From positions 44,410 to 108,409 of the forward strand of contig JAKLFA010000005.1 in assembly GCA_022711395.1 (NCBI GenBank): a stretch of DNA of 64,000 nt, read 5' to 3'. This document shows, in pieces, positions 1 to 15,000 of this stretch (within the stretch, counting starts at the first letter, position 1; each line of letters starts with the position of its first letter). Position numbers and translations under genes: made by a program. This DNA comes from Candidatus Omnitrophota bacterium (lineage in GTDB: Bacteria; Omnitrophota; Gorgyraeia; Zapsychrales; JANLHA01). The notes under the pieces are model-generated. The model worked only from the letters and a program-made list of their open reading frames with translations, was not told where the DNA came from and made no database searches.

Positions 1-1
1 C

Positions 2-3000
2 GGCGATCATGCTCCGGTCCGCCTTCCGATGCGCGGCCGTTTGAAGGTCACAGGGTTCAGGGCGCAAGACCCTCAGGCCTTTGATGCCCGATGGGGCTTG
101 TCCCTGGGCTGGCATCCGGCGTTTTTTAATTATGAACTCGCGTTTTTCTCAGGGGAGGAAAATGAAAACAATGCCAACAGGATCCACTTGAGCATTTCTG
201 ACCGCGGTATTGTTTGCTATGTCTGCATGAGAGGCATTCAGGTCAGCCGGTATAGTCAGGGCTTTGGGCGCATCCTGGTTGAATATGCCTTTTCACACGC
301 GCGGGCCCTTTCACAGAGGCTGGGCCTCAATCCGCGCTGGGCCATGATGTATTATACCGTCGGTCCTTTGGAAGAAACGGATGTCGGCGAGCCGCATGAG
401 AAATTTTTCACGAAGATGGGCTTTATCAATTCGAAGGCTGTTTCTGATCCTGAGGGCGATGCCGGGAAGCTTCTTTCGCAGTATCCGGAAGGATGGCCGA
501 TGAATGGCCGCGGTCACTGGTTCAAAAAGCTGGAAACATTTAACGCTCCCGTGGAGGAGACTAACGCCTCGGTCCTTCTGGCGGAAGAGTGGGCGGGCGG
601 CCTTGAAAAGGAGGACCGGTCATCGGATCAGGCTGTCAGCCGGTTTGAATATTACGGTTTGCGGGATGAGGTGAACTTGCGCGAACAGGTTCCGGAGCCG
701 AACCCGCTGTATGTCGGTGAAGAAAATATTATTGTGTCCCGCGGGATCGATGGCCGCCGATTCTTGTTCACTGAAAACATCTTGAGCTGCATGGGCCTTG
801 CCTTCAGGGCGCATGCCGGCGGAGAGGTCTGGTATGGACTGGGCCATATCGGTTACGCCACCGAAGCGCGGCTGAACCGGTTCATTCGTAAATTGGAATT
901 GTTGAAAGAGCGCGTTCTTCATCCATCTCGGATCGGTCCGGTCCGGGATCTTGAGATCGTTGTTTATTTTTCCCGGGATTATTCAGAAAAGCGCAACCAG
1001 GCCGTGGAATTGTTCCTGGCGGATCTCATGGCGTCGTATCCATCCGTGATGGTCAAAAACGTTGCCGGGCAGGGGACCGGGATCCCGGTTTACATGGTCA
1101 TCCGGCAGGGCGATTGGACGGTCGGGTATGGGCACAGAGGGGTCAGCGAGAAGGTCCTCGCCGGATGGGAGGCGAAGAAGGAATCAATCCATGTATTATC
1201 GGTGTTTCCGGAAGCATTCAGGAAATGGAACCTTCCAGGGGCCACGCCGGCCGAGGCTTTAACCATGGCAGCCGGCAGTGTTGCCGTTGAAGACCCTATA
1301 CACACTGTGAACGCGGCGGTTTTGGGAAACATGACCGGATACGCTCAGAAATATTTCGACCGGGCCCTTCCTGTCAAGAACCAGCAGGACGGTTATCCGT
1401 TGTCATTCGGTGTGATGTTTGGCCGTCTGATGGCGGTCCTGGCCCTTCCGTTGGCTTTAGCGGGGATCGCGTTCTTGGCTCCTTTGGTGAAGATCTCATC
1501 GCCGGGGCCAGTCTTTTTGGCGCAGCCCAGAGCCGGATATCAGGGCAGGATCTTTAATGTTTGGAAATTAAGAACGTTCACTGACATGCGCTACAGCCGG
1601 CACTTTAAGAGAACATGGTTGGGAGCTGTTTTGCGTCCCACGGGGTTGGATGAACTTCCGCAGCTCTTCTCTATTATAAGGGGCGATATGCAGTGGTTCG
1701 GCCCGCGGCCGCAGCTTCCGGGGATCATTGATGAAAGCTATGTTGAGGAGATCTTAACACAGACGTTGCCCGGGTATTTTTCTGCTGTCGGCCTGGACCG
1801 CCGCAAGAACCGTTGGGACACGATCTCTTTAGAGGAACGCAAGCGTCTTGAGCTTGAGCAGATTGACAGGAGGTCTTTGATAGCGAATACCCGTCTTTTG
1901 ACAGGGCTGATCATCTATACTGTTCCGTTCATGATCTTAGGCCGCAGGCCGTATCAGAACGCGAACGTTCCGGCGGGCGCCGCGGTCAATTCTTCCGTTT
2001 TGAACGGTGATACGGTTGAGAGGCTGATCGCTCATTTGACTGCTGATCCAAGCCAGGGACGGATGGACTATATTTCAACCATGAGCGAAGGTGTTTTCTG
2101 GAGCCTGGACCCGGTCGATGGATATTCTGACTTGAGAAGCGTCTCTCTTGATCTTGGGCCCAGCGGCAGAGTCCTGATACGGACGAACCGGACAGAAGGT
2201 GGGCTGTATTTGAACGCATCCTCCGAGCAGGAACAGCGCTTGAAAGAGATCTTTATCGCGCGGGCGGAGCTTGAGAGGACGCGTCAGCAGAAGGTCTCCA
2301 GGTTCGTGGATCTGATCAGCGGGTTTGACCGCGCTCGAAGGGAATCAATGGCTCCGGCCGGCCGTGTGAATTCTGCGGTCCTGAGCCAAGGGCCCGTAGA
2401 GAACGATGCGGAAAGAAAAGATAAAGAGGGCCCTGGTTTCAATGTCAACCGCCGGGGATTTTTGAAGTCGCTGGCCGTCCTTTGCGGCGGGTTGGCGGTT
2501 AACGGCGGCGGGGCGGTCGGAGTGATCGCGCAGGTGACAAAGGCCCGGCTGCCGTCACAGATCGCATCGCTGGTCGGATATTATCTGAATTCCGGGCACG
2601 CCAGCATCGTTAATGAGGTGCAAAGCCGGCTCGCTCTTTTAAAAGACATCATGTTCTCAACGCGCCAGGCGCCGGTGTTCACCCATGCGGACAAGGTTCA
2701 GTCCATCGACGCGCAGGTTTTTTATATGCTGTTGCACGTCTTCAACTGTTCAAAGAAAGAGGCGGACGCTTCGGCTCTTCCTGATCAGGACCAGGTTAGG
2801 AGTTTGAAAGAATTTTTCGCCTCTTCCAACGAAGATGAATTCCGTGAGCATGTTAAGGCCTTCGCCCAGCACAGGCCGATCATTGACTGGTATATCCGCC
2901 GGTCTAACCTGAGCTTGGAACCGGAGGAGCTGATGACCGAGAGAGGAACGGCGCATTTTATCGTCATGCAGGACGCCTACAATCACATTTCATCCCAGCT

Positions 3001-6000
3001 TGATCAGGAGGGATATATCCTGCAAAATCTAGAGGGCATTTCTTCAGAGCTTGAACGGTTCGCGCGATCCTGGGGGACCAGAACGCTTTTGCAGGGTTTG
3101 CGTGACCCGAAAAGCCTGATATTCAATAGAGGTTTTGTGTTAAGAAAACAGATCTACGATATTGATATGAGAACTCTCGGCATGGACCCGGAATCTCCGA
3201 AGGCCAAAGAGTTGCGCGAGCGCCGTAAGGCCCTGCAGGAACAGTTGGACCTGGATGACCGGATGTATGCGCCGGACGACGCCGAGGACATGGTCTTTGA
3301 TCAATTCGCGCTGATGCGCTGGGACGATGACGGCGGGGCAGTAGTGGCCGAGCGTGGCGAAACCAACGCCGCTGTTTTAGGGAGCGGGAATTCATCATCT
3401 GGGCAGCGGCGACAGGAATTCCCGGCCATCGCCTATGAATATCTTGCGCCGCAGGTCACGATGCGGAAGAATGTCGAGTCAGGCTGGTATGATGTTCATT
3501 CGGTCAAGCCCGGGCCCAAAGGGATCGATCATCTTTCCAGGGCGGAGGTCGTGTATCTGGAAAAACGTGTTTCACAGATGATGCGCCAGTATTTGCCCAA
3601 CGCTCCGCCGGTCATTATCATACAGCCGCTGCGTTCCTGCGTCAGCAGTATCACCGACGAAGGCCTGCAGCTTCACTGGCAGCTTCTCAGCCAGGATGAC
3701 CGGTTTGTCCAGGGAGTCCTCCAGTATCATGAGCGTTTCCACCTTAAACCATTTTTCTACGATGACCCGCAGGCTTTCATCAAGACCCTTGAAGAATTAA
3801 GCCGTCCGCATAACCGCGCCATTGTTGAGGCCATGGTGCATGTTTTCAAGAATTCTCAGGCCAGTGAGATCGTCTTAAAACCAGCCCGGATCTTAAACGC
3901 CTTCGAAGCGATCCTTGACGGCGAAAGCATTCATGAGGTGATCGAGGCCATGGCGCGAACGGGCGGGTTTCACGGCGAAGAGGTCTGTGGAGACGCCGAG
4001 GATTTTGACTGGAGCGGCGTGGAGTGGACAACGCTGTCGCCGGGCTTCGGGCACGCGCAGGAGGCGATGGAGGCCCGCGCTGCGGATCAGCGAAGGGTCT
4101 TTTTAGAAGAAGTCCAAAAGGAGATCGAACTTCTTCAGGGGCAAAAAAGAGCCGCGCCGCGGAAGGTCCTGGCTTTGCTTCGCCTGGTGGCCGCTGTCGT
4201 CGGGCTGCATCAGGAATTGCACAAGGCGATCGCTAACATGGACACGCTGGGAATTGTGTTTTCCGGCGCGTCGGATGCTTTAAAGGCCGAAGCCCTTTCT
4301 GTGATCGCCCGGGCCAGGGAATACGCCTTTGTTCCGCGGTTGATCATTCTGGAAGTTTATGACGAGGTTTTGGAAGAGGAGATCCAGTGCGCGGACGCGG
4401 CCCGCATGACACGGCTTTTGAACACGAAGAGTCAGGCCCGCAAGGAGGCAAAGGACCTGCGCGAGGAGATGAGGGCCCGCATGACCCAAGCGGTCATTGA
4501 CTTTGTCCGCGTTGCTGTCAGAGGCATGAATTTGAAGGTCAACAAGAGCTTCTTTAGGGCGCTTGAGGTCTTTGAAATGTATTTGGGCAAAGGGCACTCG
4601 ATCGGGTATTTCCAATACGATGATGAGGCTTTGGAAGGGCTGTTCAAAAAGACGGCTCAGATGTTCGCTCTTCCGGCGGTCTTGCGGCTGGTCATCGAGA
4701 CCGCAGCCACCCTTCGCCCCGTCTCCGAAGGCGTTTATTACCGTTTGTTCCCGGACCTGATCTTAGACGAGCAAGAGGCCTGGCGCCTGTTCGGGGAGAG
4801 TTCCAGGTCCTCCGGGGACACGAATTCAGCGGTGCTTTCGGCGGCCCAAGATGTGGAACTCAAGCTCTTTATGCATTTAAGACCCAGAACCGTGGTCGCG
4901 GCTTTGGCCTCTTTGGTCGATCGCCATATGGGGATCCAGCTTTCTTTCAGGAACGGAGCGCGAAAGAATTTTACGGTCATTGAAAAGCAGGGGTCGCTTG
5001 AAACTTTAGGCAAATGTCTGAACAAGAGGGTCACGCTGAGGGCCCGGGGCCTTGACCATGAAATAACGGGCGCGGATCTGAATGAAGCCATCACGATGGC
5101 GGCTGAATGGCTATCGAGCGATCATTTTGATCCTGATTTTCACCGGGATGACGGAGTGCTCAAGGCGGAATTTGAATACTATCAGCGCCTGTTACGGGAG
5201 AAGGCGGTGCGCTTCAATGGGAGACGGGGGCTCCATTTCTCCGAGGATATGTATGTGACGGATCCGATCCTGGGGAACGCATTGCCGGTCATGGCGTCTT
5301 TAGCGTCCGGACTCGAGCAGGAATTCGGGCTCGAAACATTCATTGAAGACAGGGTCGATCTGCGGAGGGTGACCCTTAGAAAGATTGATTCCAACGGGTA
5401 TAGACGCGTTTTTCTCCGTCGGAATTCAAGGCAGCGGATCCTTTACAACGCTCCTTTGGGATTGCGTTATAGACCTGATCTTTTGGCCATTCATGAATGC
5501 GTTCAAGCTTTCGTGTTCCACGCCCAGGACCATTTTGGAAAAGATCTGGTCGAAAAAGCGGCAGACTTCTGGGCCCGGAACGATCAAGGGGAAGGAAGTT
5601 CGGTCCAACCGGCCTTAAGAAAAGTTGTTGAACGTCTTTCTCAACAGGGCAACGCCGCTGTTCTTGCTGCGGGCGAATCCGGAGATTGGATGCTCAGCCG
5701 CCGTCAGATGCTGAAAGGCCTTGTTTTGGCCGGAATGGCGCTGCCGTTTATGACCAGCCGCGCTTACGCTGATGAACCGACGGTGGAGGAGGTGTTGACC
5801 GAACTTTTGAGCACGCAGACCGCGCATGGTTTGATCAAGAGCTTTAAAGGCACGAGCGACACGTATATGCAAAATCAGGCGGTCACTTACGACCAGGCCG
5901 TAGCCGGGATCGCTGCTCTTGCGGCTGGACGGACGGTGGAGGCGGTCAGGATCTTTAATTTCTTCTATAATCAGCACAACGGTGGAGACCCCGCCTGGAA

Positions 6001-9000
6001 CGGTTTTGTGAACATGTACGATGCCGTCCGCGGGGTCAAGGGAAATGAGCTCACGATCCACGTGGGCCCGAATGTCTGGATGGGAATGTTCTGCCTTCAT
6101 CTGTATATGGCGACACGCGACGCGCGGGCGATCACGCTTGCGCAGGCGTTGCTGAATTGGGCGATGGGACTTAACCATCGCGACGGAGCTGTTGCCCTCG
6201 GGCCGGTCCCCAATAACAACATTTATTCAACGGAACACAACTTAGATTATTTTGTCTTCCTGAAAGGGATACAGCCGTTATTGTCTGAAGCGCAGGCGGC
6301 GCTTGTCCAGGCGGAAATGGACGGGGTCGCAACATGGCTGAGCACCAGGGCCTATGATCGGGCGAGGATGCTTTTCAAACGCGGCGCTTATGAGAACCCT
6401 GTTGTTTACGCGACGGACACTTCAAGCTTCGCGCTCCTTTTGGGGTCGCAGGTCCTGGAAAACTGGAACATCGTCCGGCCGACGTTCATCAGCCGCTCGG
6501 AGACGGCTTACCGCGTGGGCACGCGAGGGTTTGATGTCGCCAGCGCCGAGAACGCCAATTGGGTCCCGCGGGCGCGCTACGTTTTCAGGGAGTTCACTCT
6601 TCAGATGGCGCTCGGATTTTTGGTGATGGCCGACGATGAACATGACCGTGGAAATTTTGCCCTGGAGAAGACGTATCGCGATAAGGCGCAGTTGTATGCC
6701 TCTCAATCCGGGACCGGCGGAGATTATCAATATTGCGAACAGACGGGCGTGCAGCTCTTTTATGATATTCCCAGTTGGAAGACGATCAACGGCCAGTCGG
6801 CCTCGGTCATGGCCTGGAAAATATTGGCATTGCTCGGTTTTAATCCGTTCGGATTTGTTCCAAAAGTCAGGCTGTTCACCCGCAGGATCGCCGCAACCGG
6901 CGACATGGAGTTGACCCTTCGCAAGGAAAGCATGGCGCCTCTTGCTGTTGAGATTTTGTATTCCGATGACGTGGCTGATCCGGCGAGCTGGAAGACCGCC
7001 GCCAATATCGAAATGGACGCTTTGACGGCTGTCTGGGTGGATAACGGCTCTCAGACCAGTCTGCATCCATCCGCAAGCCCCAGACGATTCTATAAAGTTT
7101 CCGCAAGCGCGGCAACGAACGCTGCGATCCTGCCTTCAAAACTGGTCCCGGGACAAACTCCGGGCTGGGTCACGAAATTTAAGGAATCTCTTCCTGAAGG
7201 ATTCGTTGAGGCCGCTGAATCCCAAGAGGGCGAGCAGGGCGCGGGCAAGATCCAGGCGCTGTCGATCTGCCAGGATTCTCCCGAGGTCGGGAACATTCTG
7301 GTAGAGCTCTACGGACAACTTCTTGATAACCGCATGTCGCCGGACGTCCGCAACCGATCGACCTATGACGCGTGGATGAAGATCAAGGAACGGATCGATG
7401 AGTGGGAGGCGACGCTGGCAGTGTGGTTTACGTATGTGGCGTTCCAGACCGTGCTGAACATTGAACAAAAGAAATTAGAACAAAAGAAAGCTCCGGCGCC
7501 TTCTGTTAAGGCATCCGCAGAAGTCGCTACAGAACCATCTTCAAACGGGCGGGAAGAAGGGGCGTCTGCCCGCGAAGATGAGCGTTACTTGGGGATTGTT
7601 ATCGAGGTCGACGGGTTCGGTGAGGTCACTCTCACTGAACGCATCGCCCGGAACAGCCGGACGCTTCTTTTTAAGACCAATCATCCCGGTCTTTTGATCA
7701 AGCTGTTTGATCTGAACCACACGAGCGACGCCGGAAAGCTGGATCCGGTCGTCGTTCAGAACTTTGAGCTGGAACGCAATAATTTCATTGAGATCGCCAA
7801 GATCGAAGAATTAAGGCCGCACATTCCTCAATATTACCAGAGCGGGATCCTGGAAGAGCGGAAATACGCTTTTATCGCTATGGAATACATTGACGGTGTC
7901 GATCTTTACAGCTGGAGGGAAAAAGTTCTTGCCGAGTCCGGAAGGCAGAGTTTAAGCGATGTGGAATTCTGGCAGATGATGTCTCAAGCTCTGCTCATCT
8001 TGAGGATCTTCCATAAGCATGACCTGATCTTCTCCGATTATAAATTGGAGAACATTTTAAGGCTTTCAAACGGGTCTTTGAAATTTGTGGACCTGGGCAG
8101 CATCTTTTTGATCCACGGGGCGGTCAAGCCGCAGGATTTTCCGTATTCGGCGACCATGGAGGCTTCAGAGGTTTTTGAGAACGCCGTGACATTGAAGAAC
8201 GGAAAACCGCTGCCGAAAATCTCCGATATCTTTTCCGTGGGCGTGAGCCTGTTCGAGTTTGCCACCGGGCAGCATCGTTTGACCCTGAGCCGTGAGTATG
8301 CGGATATGCTTTTGTCCCATTTGCGGGTCATCAACCCGCGCATGTCCGAGATCCGGCTGTATTTTAATTATTATCCTCACCTGAAAGGAAAACTTCCGAC
8401 GCTGGAAGACCAGCTAAAAGAGGGATATGTCTTTTTCGCTGATTTCTGGCACATGCTGCACCAGGTCCTCAAATACACCCATGACGGTTATGAGGATATG
8501 GCGCAGGATGAAAAAGACCGCGCGTTGCTGGCCTCCGGAATCGATTTTATCCGCGAGCAGCTGGGTGACCTGGCCTGGGCGGCTGAGCCGATCGCCCTGG
8601 CGACGGCGTTGCGGCGCATCCGCGCCCAAAGCATCCATGACCTGCTTTTAAGCTTTCACAGCCCGTTAAGCGCGGAGGTCATTGACGATCTTCATCAGAA
8701 TAACTGCTTTGTGGATTGCGTGGAGTCACAGTTCGGACGGCAGGATTTCACTCAACAGCTCAATACCTGGAACGTTCGGCTCAACCCGCACACCCGGCAT
8801 TGGACGGTCCAGGCGCCGGCCGCTTTCGCGCGTGACAGGGAGGAAGCTGTTTCGCTGTTTTTGAAACAGACATTCACGGATGAGGAAGGCCATCGGTATT
8901 ACCACATCACAAGTATGGAAGAGGCTGATGAATTTCCGAACGGTGAAAAATTGACCCTGGCGCATTTACAAGACGATCCTTACGCCTGGCTGGGCGCTGA

Positions 9001-12000
9001 CAATGCCGAAGGGGCCGGCAAACACAGGACGCGCGATGAATGGATCGCATTTTTAAAAGGCCTTGCCGCGAATGTCCCGGCCGGAGAGAGAAGGTCCATG
9101 AGCGAAGTGGCCCGGCATTCGGCGGGGGCGGTCACGCGCGAGAGCATCAAAGCCGCCTTGAAGTATCACGGCATTTCTTATGAGGAGGCGGGGCTAGAGA
9201 GCGGACGGACAAGGGATGGCTGGGTGACATATTTGACGGCACTGGTTCCCAAAATCCCTAAAGGCGAAGAAAGAACATGGTCCAACATAGTGAAATATTC
9301 GCAAGGTGCCGTTACGGCAGCGCAGATCAAGGGGGCCATACGGCGGCACGGGATCTCCCGAGCAGAGGTCGGATTGAGCCGGAAGTGGGAAGACAGACAG
9401 AAGACCGTTGAATATCTCAAAGGCCTTGTTGCCAAGATCCACGCCGATAAAGAAAAGACCGTTGCTGAAATGGCCAGGCAGTCGGGCGGAGATGTTTCCA
9501 GGGAAACGATCAAATTTGTGATGAGGGACCATCATATTACACGGGAAGAAATCGGTCTGAAAGGGGAGTGGGATGACCGGGAGGCTTGCGTGAAGATGGT
9601 CCGTGAAGCGGTGGCTAATATTCCAGAAGGAGAGCCCAAAACGGTTGCCAATACGGCCCGGCACTCAGGAGGCAAGTTCGACAGGCATCAGTTGAGGACC
9701 AATATTTTAAAGAAACACAAGCTGTCTGCGCAGGAGCTTGGCATCACGGAGAAAAAGCGTTCCGGAAAAAATGAAAAGCGCGGCCGTGACAAGACCATCG
9801 AATTGATCAAGCAGGCCATGGCCTTGATACCGTCCGGCGAGGCCAAGACGGCGGAGAACGCTGCGAAGTACTCAGAGCGTTGGACAGTCTCATCTTTGCG
9901 TTCGGTGATGAGCCGTAACGCGATCGTATCCGCGGACGTCGGGTTTGATCTGAAACCCAAGGGACGCAAAAAGTCTTCTCAGGCGAAAGCGGTGAAACCG
10001 CGCCCGCGGCCACAGGCAAAGAAACGCGCGGCCAAACGCAGATCAGGGAAAATGAGGGTGTCCATGCCGCGAAGCCGTGAAGAGGCGATCGCGTTTTTGA
10101 ACGAGGCGGCCGGACGGGTCCCGGAGCATTTGGCAAGAACACCGCACATTGTGGCTGATTTTTCTTGCGGCAAATTGACCGCCGAGAAGATCCGGAGCAT
10201 CGCCAAGAAATGGGGGATCACGGGCAATGATGTCCCCATTGCCCTGCTTTTAAAGGTGAAGATCGTTCCGCAGAAAGAAGCCCGTTCAGAACAGCACGAC
10301 CAAGATGACGCGGCCGGCCATGAACAGACCAATAGCGCGGTCATTGACCCCCGCGGAGGGAAAGATTTCGGCGATCAGAAAGAGGTCTTTTGCTGTCGTT
10401 TTGAGAAAGCGCGGGACGCTGATGAAGACGCCTGGAGAGAATCACGCGTCTTGAAACGTCTTTCGATCATCAGCCAGATCGGCTTAGAGTGGAGAGCGCT
10501 TAAGGTCGGGGAACCGGCGCAGAAATGGATCAATGAATTAAGAGAGTATCTGCTTTATAGGATTTGGACAAAGATCCAGAGGGAACATAAGGGTGACTTC
10601 TTTTTCCCGCAGAACATGGTTGATGTAAACCACGGATTAAGCCAGCCGTTTGTTTTTGTGGTTGATGAGCTTTTGAAGAACGCCTTTGATGCTTGCGCAG
10701 CAGCGGAACGCGACGGGGACATCGAACTCGCGGTATCTTTCTCGGACGGACTTTTTGAAATGGCTGTTTCAGATCAAGGGATCGGGGTGCGCAAAGGATT
10801 TTCGGATGAAGAAGGTTTTATTTATCTTGAGTCTTTGATCGACGCTCAGAAACGACAGGCGCTGCGGCTGGAGTCCAGCGACAAGGCCGGGCTGTTATGG
10901 GCCCAGTATTTAACGGTGATGCGGGGAGGAAAGATCTTTGTTGAGTCTCCCGGCCGTAATGGCTACAGGACAACGGTCGGCATCGCCTTGCCGGCTGAGG
11001 CCGTGGTCCGCAAAGGCCTTTCAAAATTCGGACCGCAGACCAATGGGGCGGTCCTTTCGGCATACGAAGAGGAGGCCGTCCTAAAGAGAACGCAGGCTGT
11101 CGGGCAGAAAACGGATGATATAGCGACGAGGTTCCTTCAAAGTCTGGCCGTAAGACATGGCCTTCGTCAGGATCTTCCGAATGAGGAGATCATAGGCCGC
11201 CTTTATTCCGGTTCCATTTTAACGTTAGCTGAAAAAATGCTTTTGGAACGCTATGGTCAGGCCTTGAAATTGGTCGCTCCGGGCTCATCGATCGTGGATG
11301 CTGAATCGTTTTGGCTGGAGAAATTCCGCAAACGGTCTCCGGAACAAAAAGAGGATTGGGAAATATCCGGAATTATTATGGATCTTGCCGTGATGACCAA
11401 AAAACATCTTGTAGGGTTTTTGCCTGTCCTTGAAAGAACCCTTCCTCCGGAACAATGGTGGTGGGTTGAGGACAGTCTGCAGTTGCGCGTGATCCGGTTC
11501 GCGGACCAGGTAGATTTCGCCAAGGCTCTTTCGATGGAAAATTCCAGGCAGATCCCCTTTACGTCGGAAGAAGAAAATGAAGAATTGATGGTGTTTAATT
11601 TCATCCTGCATGATGTGTTTTTTGAGTCCGGATATTTTGGGTTAGCGGCGTTTAAGGACGGGGAGCCGGCAGGGATATATGGGGTTTCGATCGTAAGTGA
11701 AATGAAGGAAATCTTTGGTCGGGGATTATACGTTGTTCCATGGGCCAGAGGCAGGGACCCGAAAGTCGGATGGGTTCTATTGACGAGGATGTCCGAGCTT
11801 TTTGCTCGTAACGGATATAAATATTTTCATATTCCTGTGGCCAATCGTCCCTCAGCGCAGGGATTCTTCGAGAAGGTTTCAGATAATTCAGGCGAATTTC
11901 CTTTCTATGCGCAGACCAGGCGAAGTGATGAGGGACGCATTCAGCAGCTCACTGTCCATTTGAAGGAACGGTTTTTGCCAGTGAGGATACAGCTTCCGCT

Positions 12001-15000
12001 GCGCAGATCAATTCTAAATGATCATCGTGTCAATAGCGCCGTGCTTTCCGGATCGGCGGCAGAGATCCCGCAGGCCGCTTTAGCTGTTCAAAGTTCTGTT
12101 GCCGATGCGTCATCGATGCCGTTTTTGATCGGCCTGGCCGTGACGGGATTGTTTTTCTTGGTCATGGGCATTTTTGCTCTGCGGACTTGGAGAGAGATCA
12201 GCAGGATCAAAGGAAGAGGCCCGTCTGAAATAAAGAGCGCTTCCAAACGTTTAATGAAAGCTTTGCGGCTGTCGCGTTCCGTTCAGGAAGCCATTGAACG
12301 GTCAGACTATAAGAAAGCCGAAACAAAATTGGAAGATCTGGAGCTGTTCTCGCAACAGGAAAACGACCAGATCCGCCGGAAACAGATTGAAAGCCTTGTT
12401 GTCTCACGCATGGTCGAGCTGGCTGACGCGTATCTGAAGACCGGCCGGAAGGAATTTGAAAAGAAAGCGGACGCCCTTTATCGTAAGGCCGCTTTTCTGA
12501 GGAGGTCTTCTTTCGGGGACGGGTTGTTTGAGAGCGTCGAAGAGGGAATGTTCACGGAGGACGGGCTCTTGAGAAAACCCGAAAGCAAGGAAACGAACAG
12601 CGCGGTCTTGACGGGTTCTTCGGATTTTCACCGCGCGAAGAAAGGCCGCCGTGTGACGGGCAGAAGGATCGCCGCGGATATATCATCGGCAGGGCCGCTT
12701 TCCGATCAATATTATCAACGCTTTGTGGAGGCTCGCGATGAGGCGGGCAAGATGGCGCTCGTTAAAGACGGGCAGGTCGCCGCGGTATTGCAGAAGATCT
12801 GTCAACAGATCAAGGTCCGCGCGGGTCCGATGCGTTCTCTGTTAGGCGCTTATTCTTCACACGAGCTTTTCATCGATGAATCCCTCGTTTCTGATCCCGA
12901 CAAATATTATGAATTGATCCTCACGCTGCTGTATGAAGCGCACGCGATCGCTTACCCGGCTGGGCTTGACGCTGAGCATGAAGGGTTCGCCCAGGACTGC
13001 CTTCTTGGCGCGCTTATTCCGGAGGAGGTCTCTCCGCGCACGGCCAAGGAACGCCAGAGGATCGTTGACGCGATCAAGCTTTTGCCGGGATTCACGTCTC
13101 GCGTGAAATACCTTTTTGTCGTGCCGATGTATAAGGAGACGTTCCGCTTAAGTCCGGAAGGAGAGGACGCTCTCCGGAGGAAGGTCCTTGCGATCGCCGC
13201 TTTAAGAAGGATCAATCCCAATCTTTGCGGCCGCATGATCCTGGTGGATGACGGGACGCCGTCTTTGGCTTCTGAAGCATATGCCCGTCAGCTCTGGGCG
13301 CGGATCCAGGAAGAGTTCAAAGCCCGCGGGGAGCAGCTTGATCCTGACATGGTCACATTTCTTCATGTGTCGGAACATGAAAAGAAGTTCAGAAGAAGCA
13401 AAAAAGGATGGGCGGTCATTTTAGGTATGCGCGCCGCCCTTGCGCAAGGGTGGGCGGATTATATCGGCTATACGGACACGGACATCTCCACGAACCTTCT
13501 TCAAACGCCGCTGATCTTGTCCCCTCTGTGTGACGGATCGGCGGAAGCGGCCATTGGGTCGCGCTGGATCCGCGGCGGCGGGCAGGAAGGGGTTCCGTTA
13601 AAGAGGATGATCTCAAGCAAGGTCTTCAACATGGCTGTTCATTTCTTCCTGCCGTTATTATGGAAGATCAGGGACACTCAGAGGGCCTTTAAACTTTTCA
13701 ACCGTTCATTCTTAAGCAGGGTCCTGGCGTATGCCCGGGAACCCGGCCTGGCGATCGACACGGAGTTGCTGGCGCTTCTTCGTATCGCCGGGGGCAGGAT
13801 CGTGGAGGTCCCGATCGCGTGGATCGATTCCGCTGAGGCTAGCACGATCGACCTTGGAAAATCGGTCAAGGAAATGCTGTTTGCCATTATGCTGCAGTCC
13901 AGGCATATGTTCAATCCGGGTCTGGCGGTGAACCTGCGGTTCGGCGGCAGAGGACGCCCTGTAAATCCTGCTAGGGATAAACAGGTCAACAGCGCGGTCT
14001 TGGACGCAGAATATTTGAGCCGGAACGGGTTCGTTGAATTTGATCACGCCGGATCTAAGATGCTGGCGATCCAGCGCAAAACAGAAGGGCTGGCCGGGCA
14101 TGCGTTAGCCCGCGCGAGTATCGAGCTCTATGAACGGATCGCGGGTGTTTGCGAGCCATCTTTGATCGGGTTTGTTGATATCTGGTTTAGGGAAGACCGA
14201 ACGGCCGTGGTCCATAAAGAATTTTCATGGAATGATTATTACGCTTTAGGTGTTTTAGGGCACGCGCATGGACCGTTGAAGTCGGCGCATTCTTTAGATG
14301 GGTATGACACGACGTGGAGTTATGGAGAACGCCGTTTCATGCTCGGCGAGGACCATCCAGCGCTCTGGGTCCATGAAAGGGCGAGGAATAAGGGATTAGG
14401 AAAGATGCTGTTCGGGGCGGCTGTCGGATTGGCCCGCTTGCGCGGCTCGCCTCGTCTTCGAGTTGAAGAATGCCGGACCCAGGAACGCAGCCTTTACAGG
14501 CAGTTCGTTCCGGCGGATCAGCAGGACGGAATGGATGGGGACTCGATCGTGATCCGGCTGGGGGAAAACGAGGCCGTTAAGACCAATGGAGCGGTCTTAA
14601 GCCGGGAAGAAGCGCTGGTCCGGTTGCGCAATCCGGATTATGTCGAGCCGGTCGAGATCACGCAGGCAGATATTTTAGAAGTGTGTGACAAAGTCACGCG
14701 GTTCACCAACACGAAAGCGCAGTGCACATTCTTGCCTCACCGGGCGGGAACTCCTGGAAATGTTTCTGTGAATGCCGTGGTTGAGCGGTCTGCAAAGATC
14801 AAGGCAACCGGGCAGCGTGACACTCAGACGCGATTTCAGGTCACGATCCGGGCCGCTCGAGATGAGAACATGAAACACGTTTTGCGTCAGATCATAGAGC
14901 GGCTGGCCCGATTAGGTGACAGGGTTGCTCCTGAAGTGCTGGATGCCTTTGCTGTGCTCGCTCAACGGAAAGCTCCGGACATCTGCCTGGCAGAAGAGCA

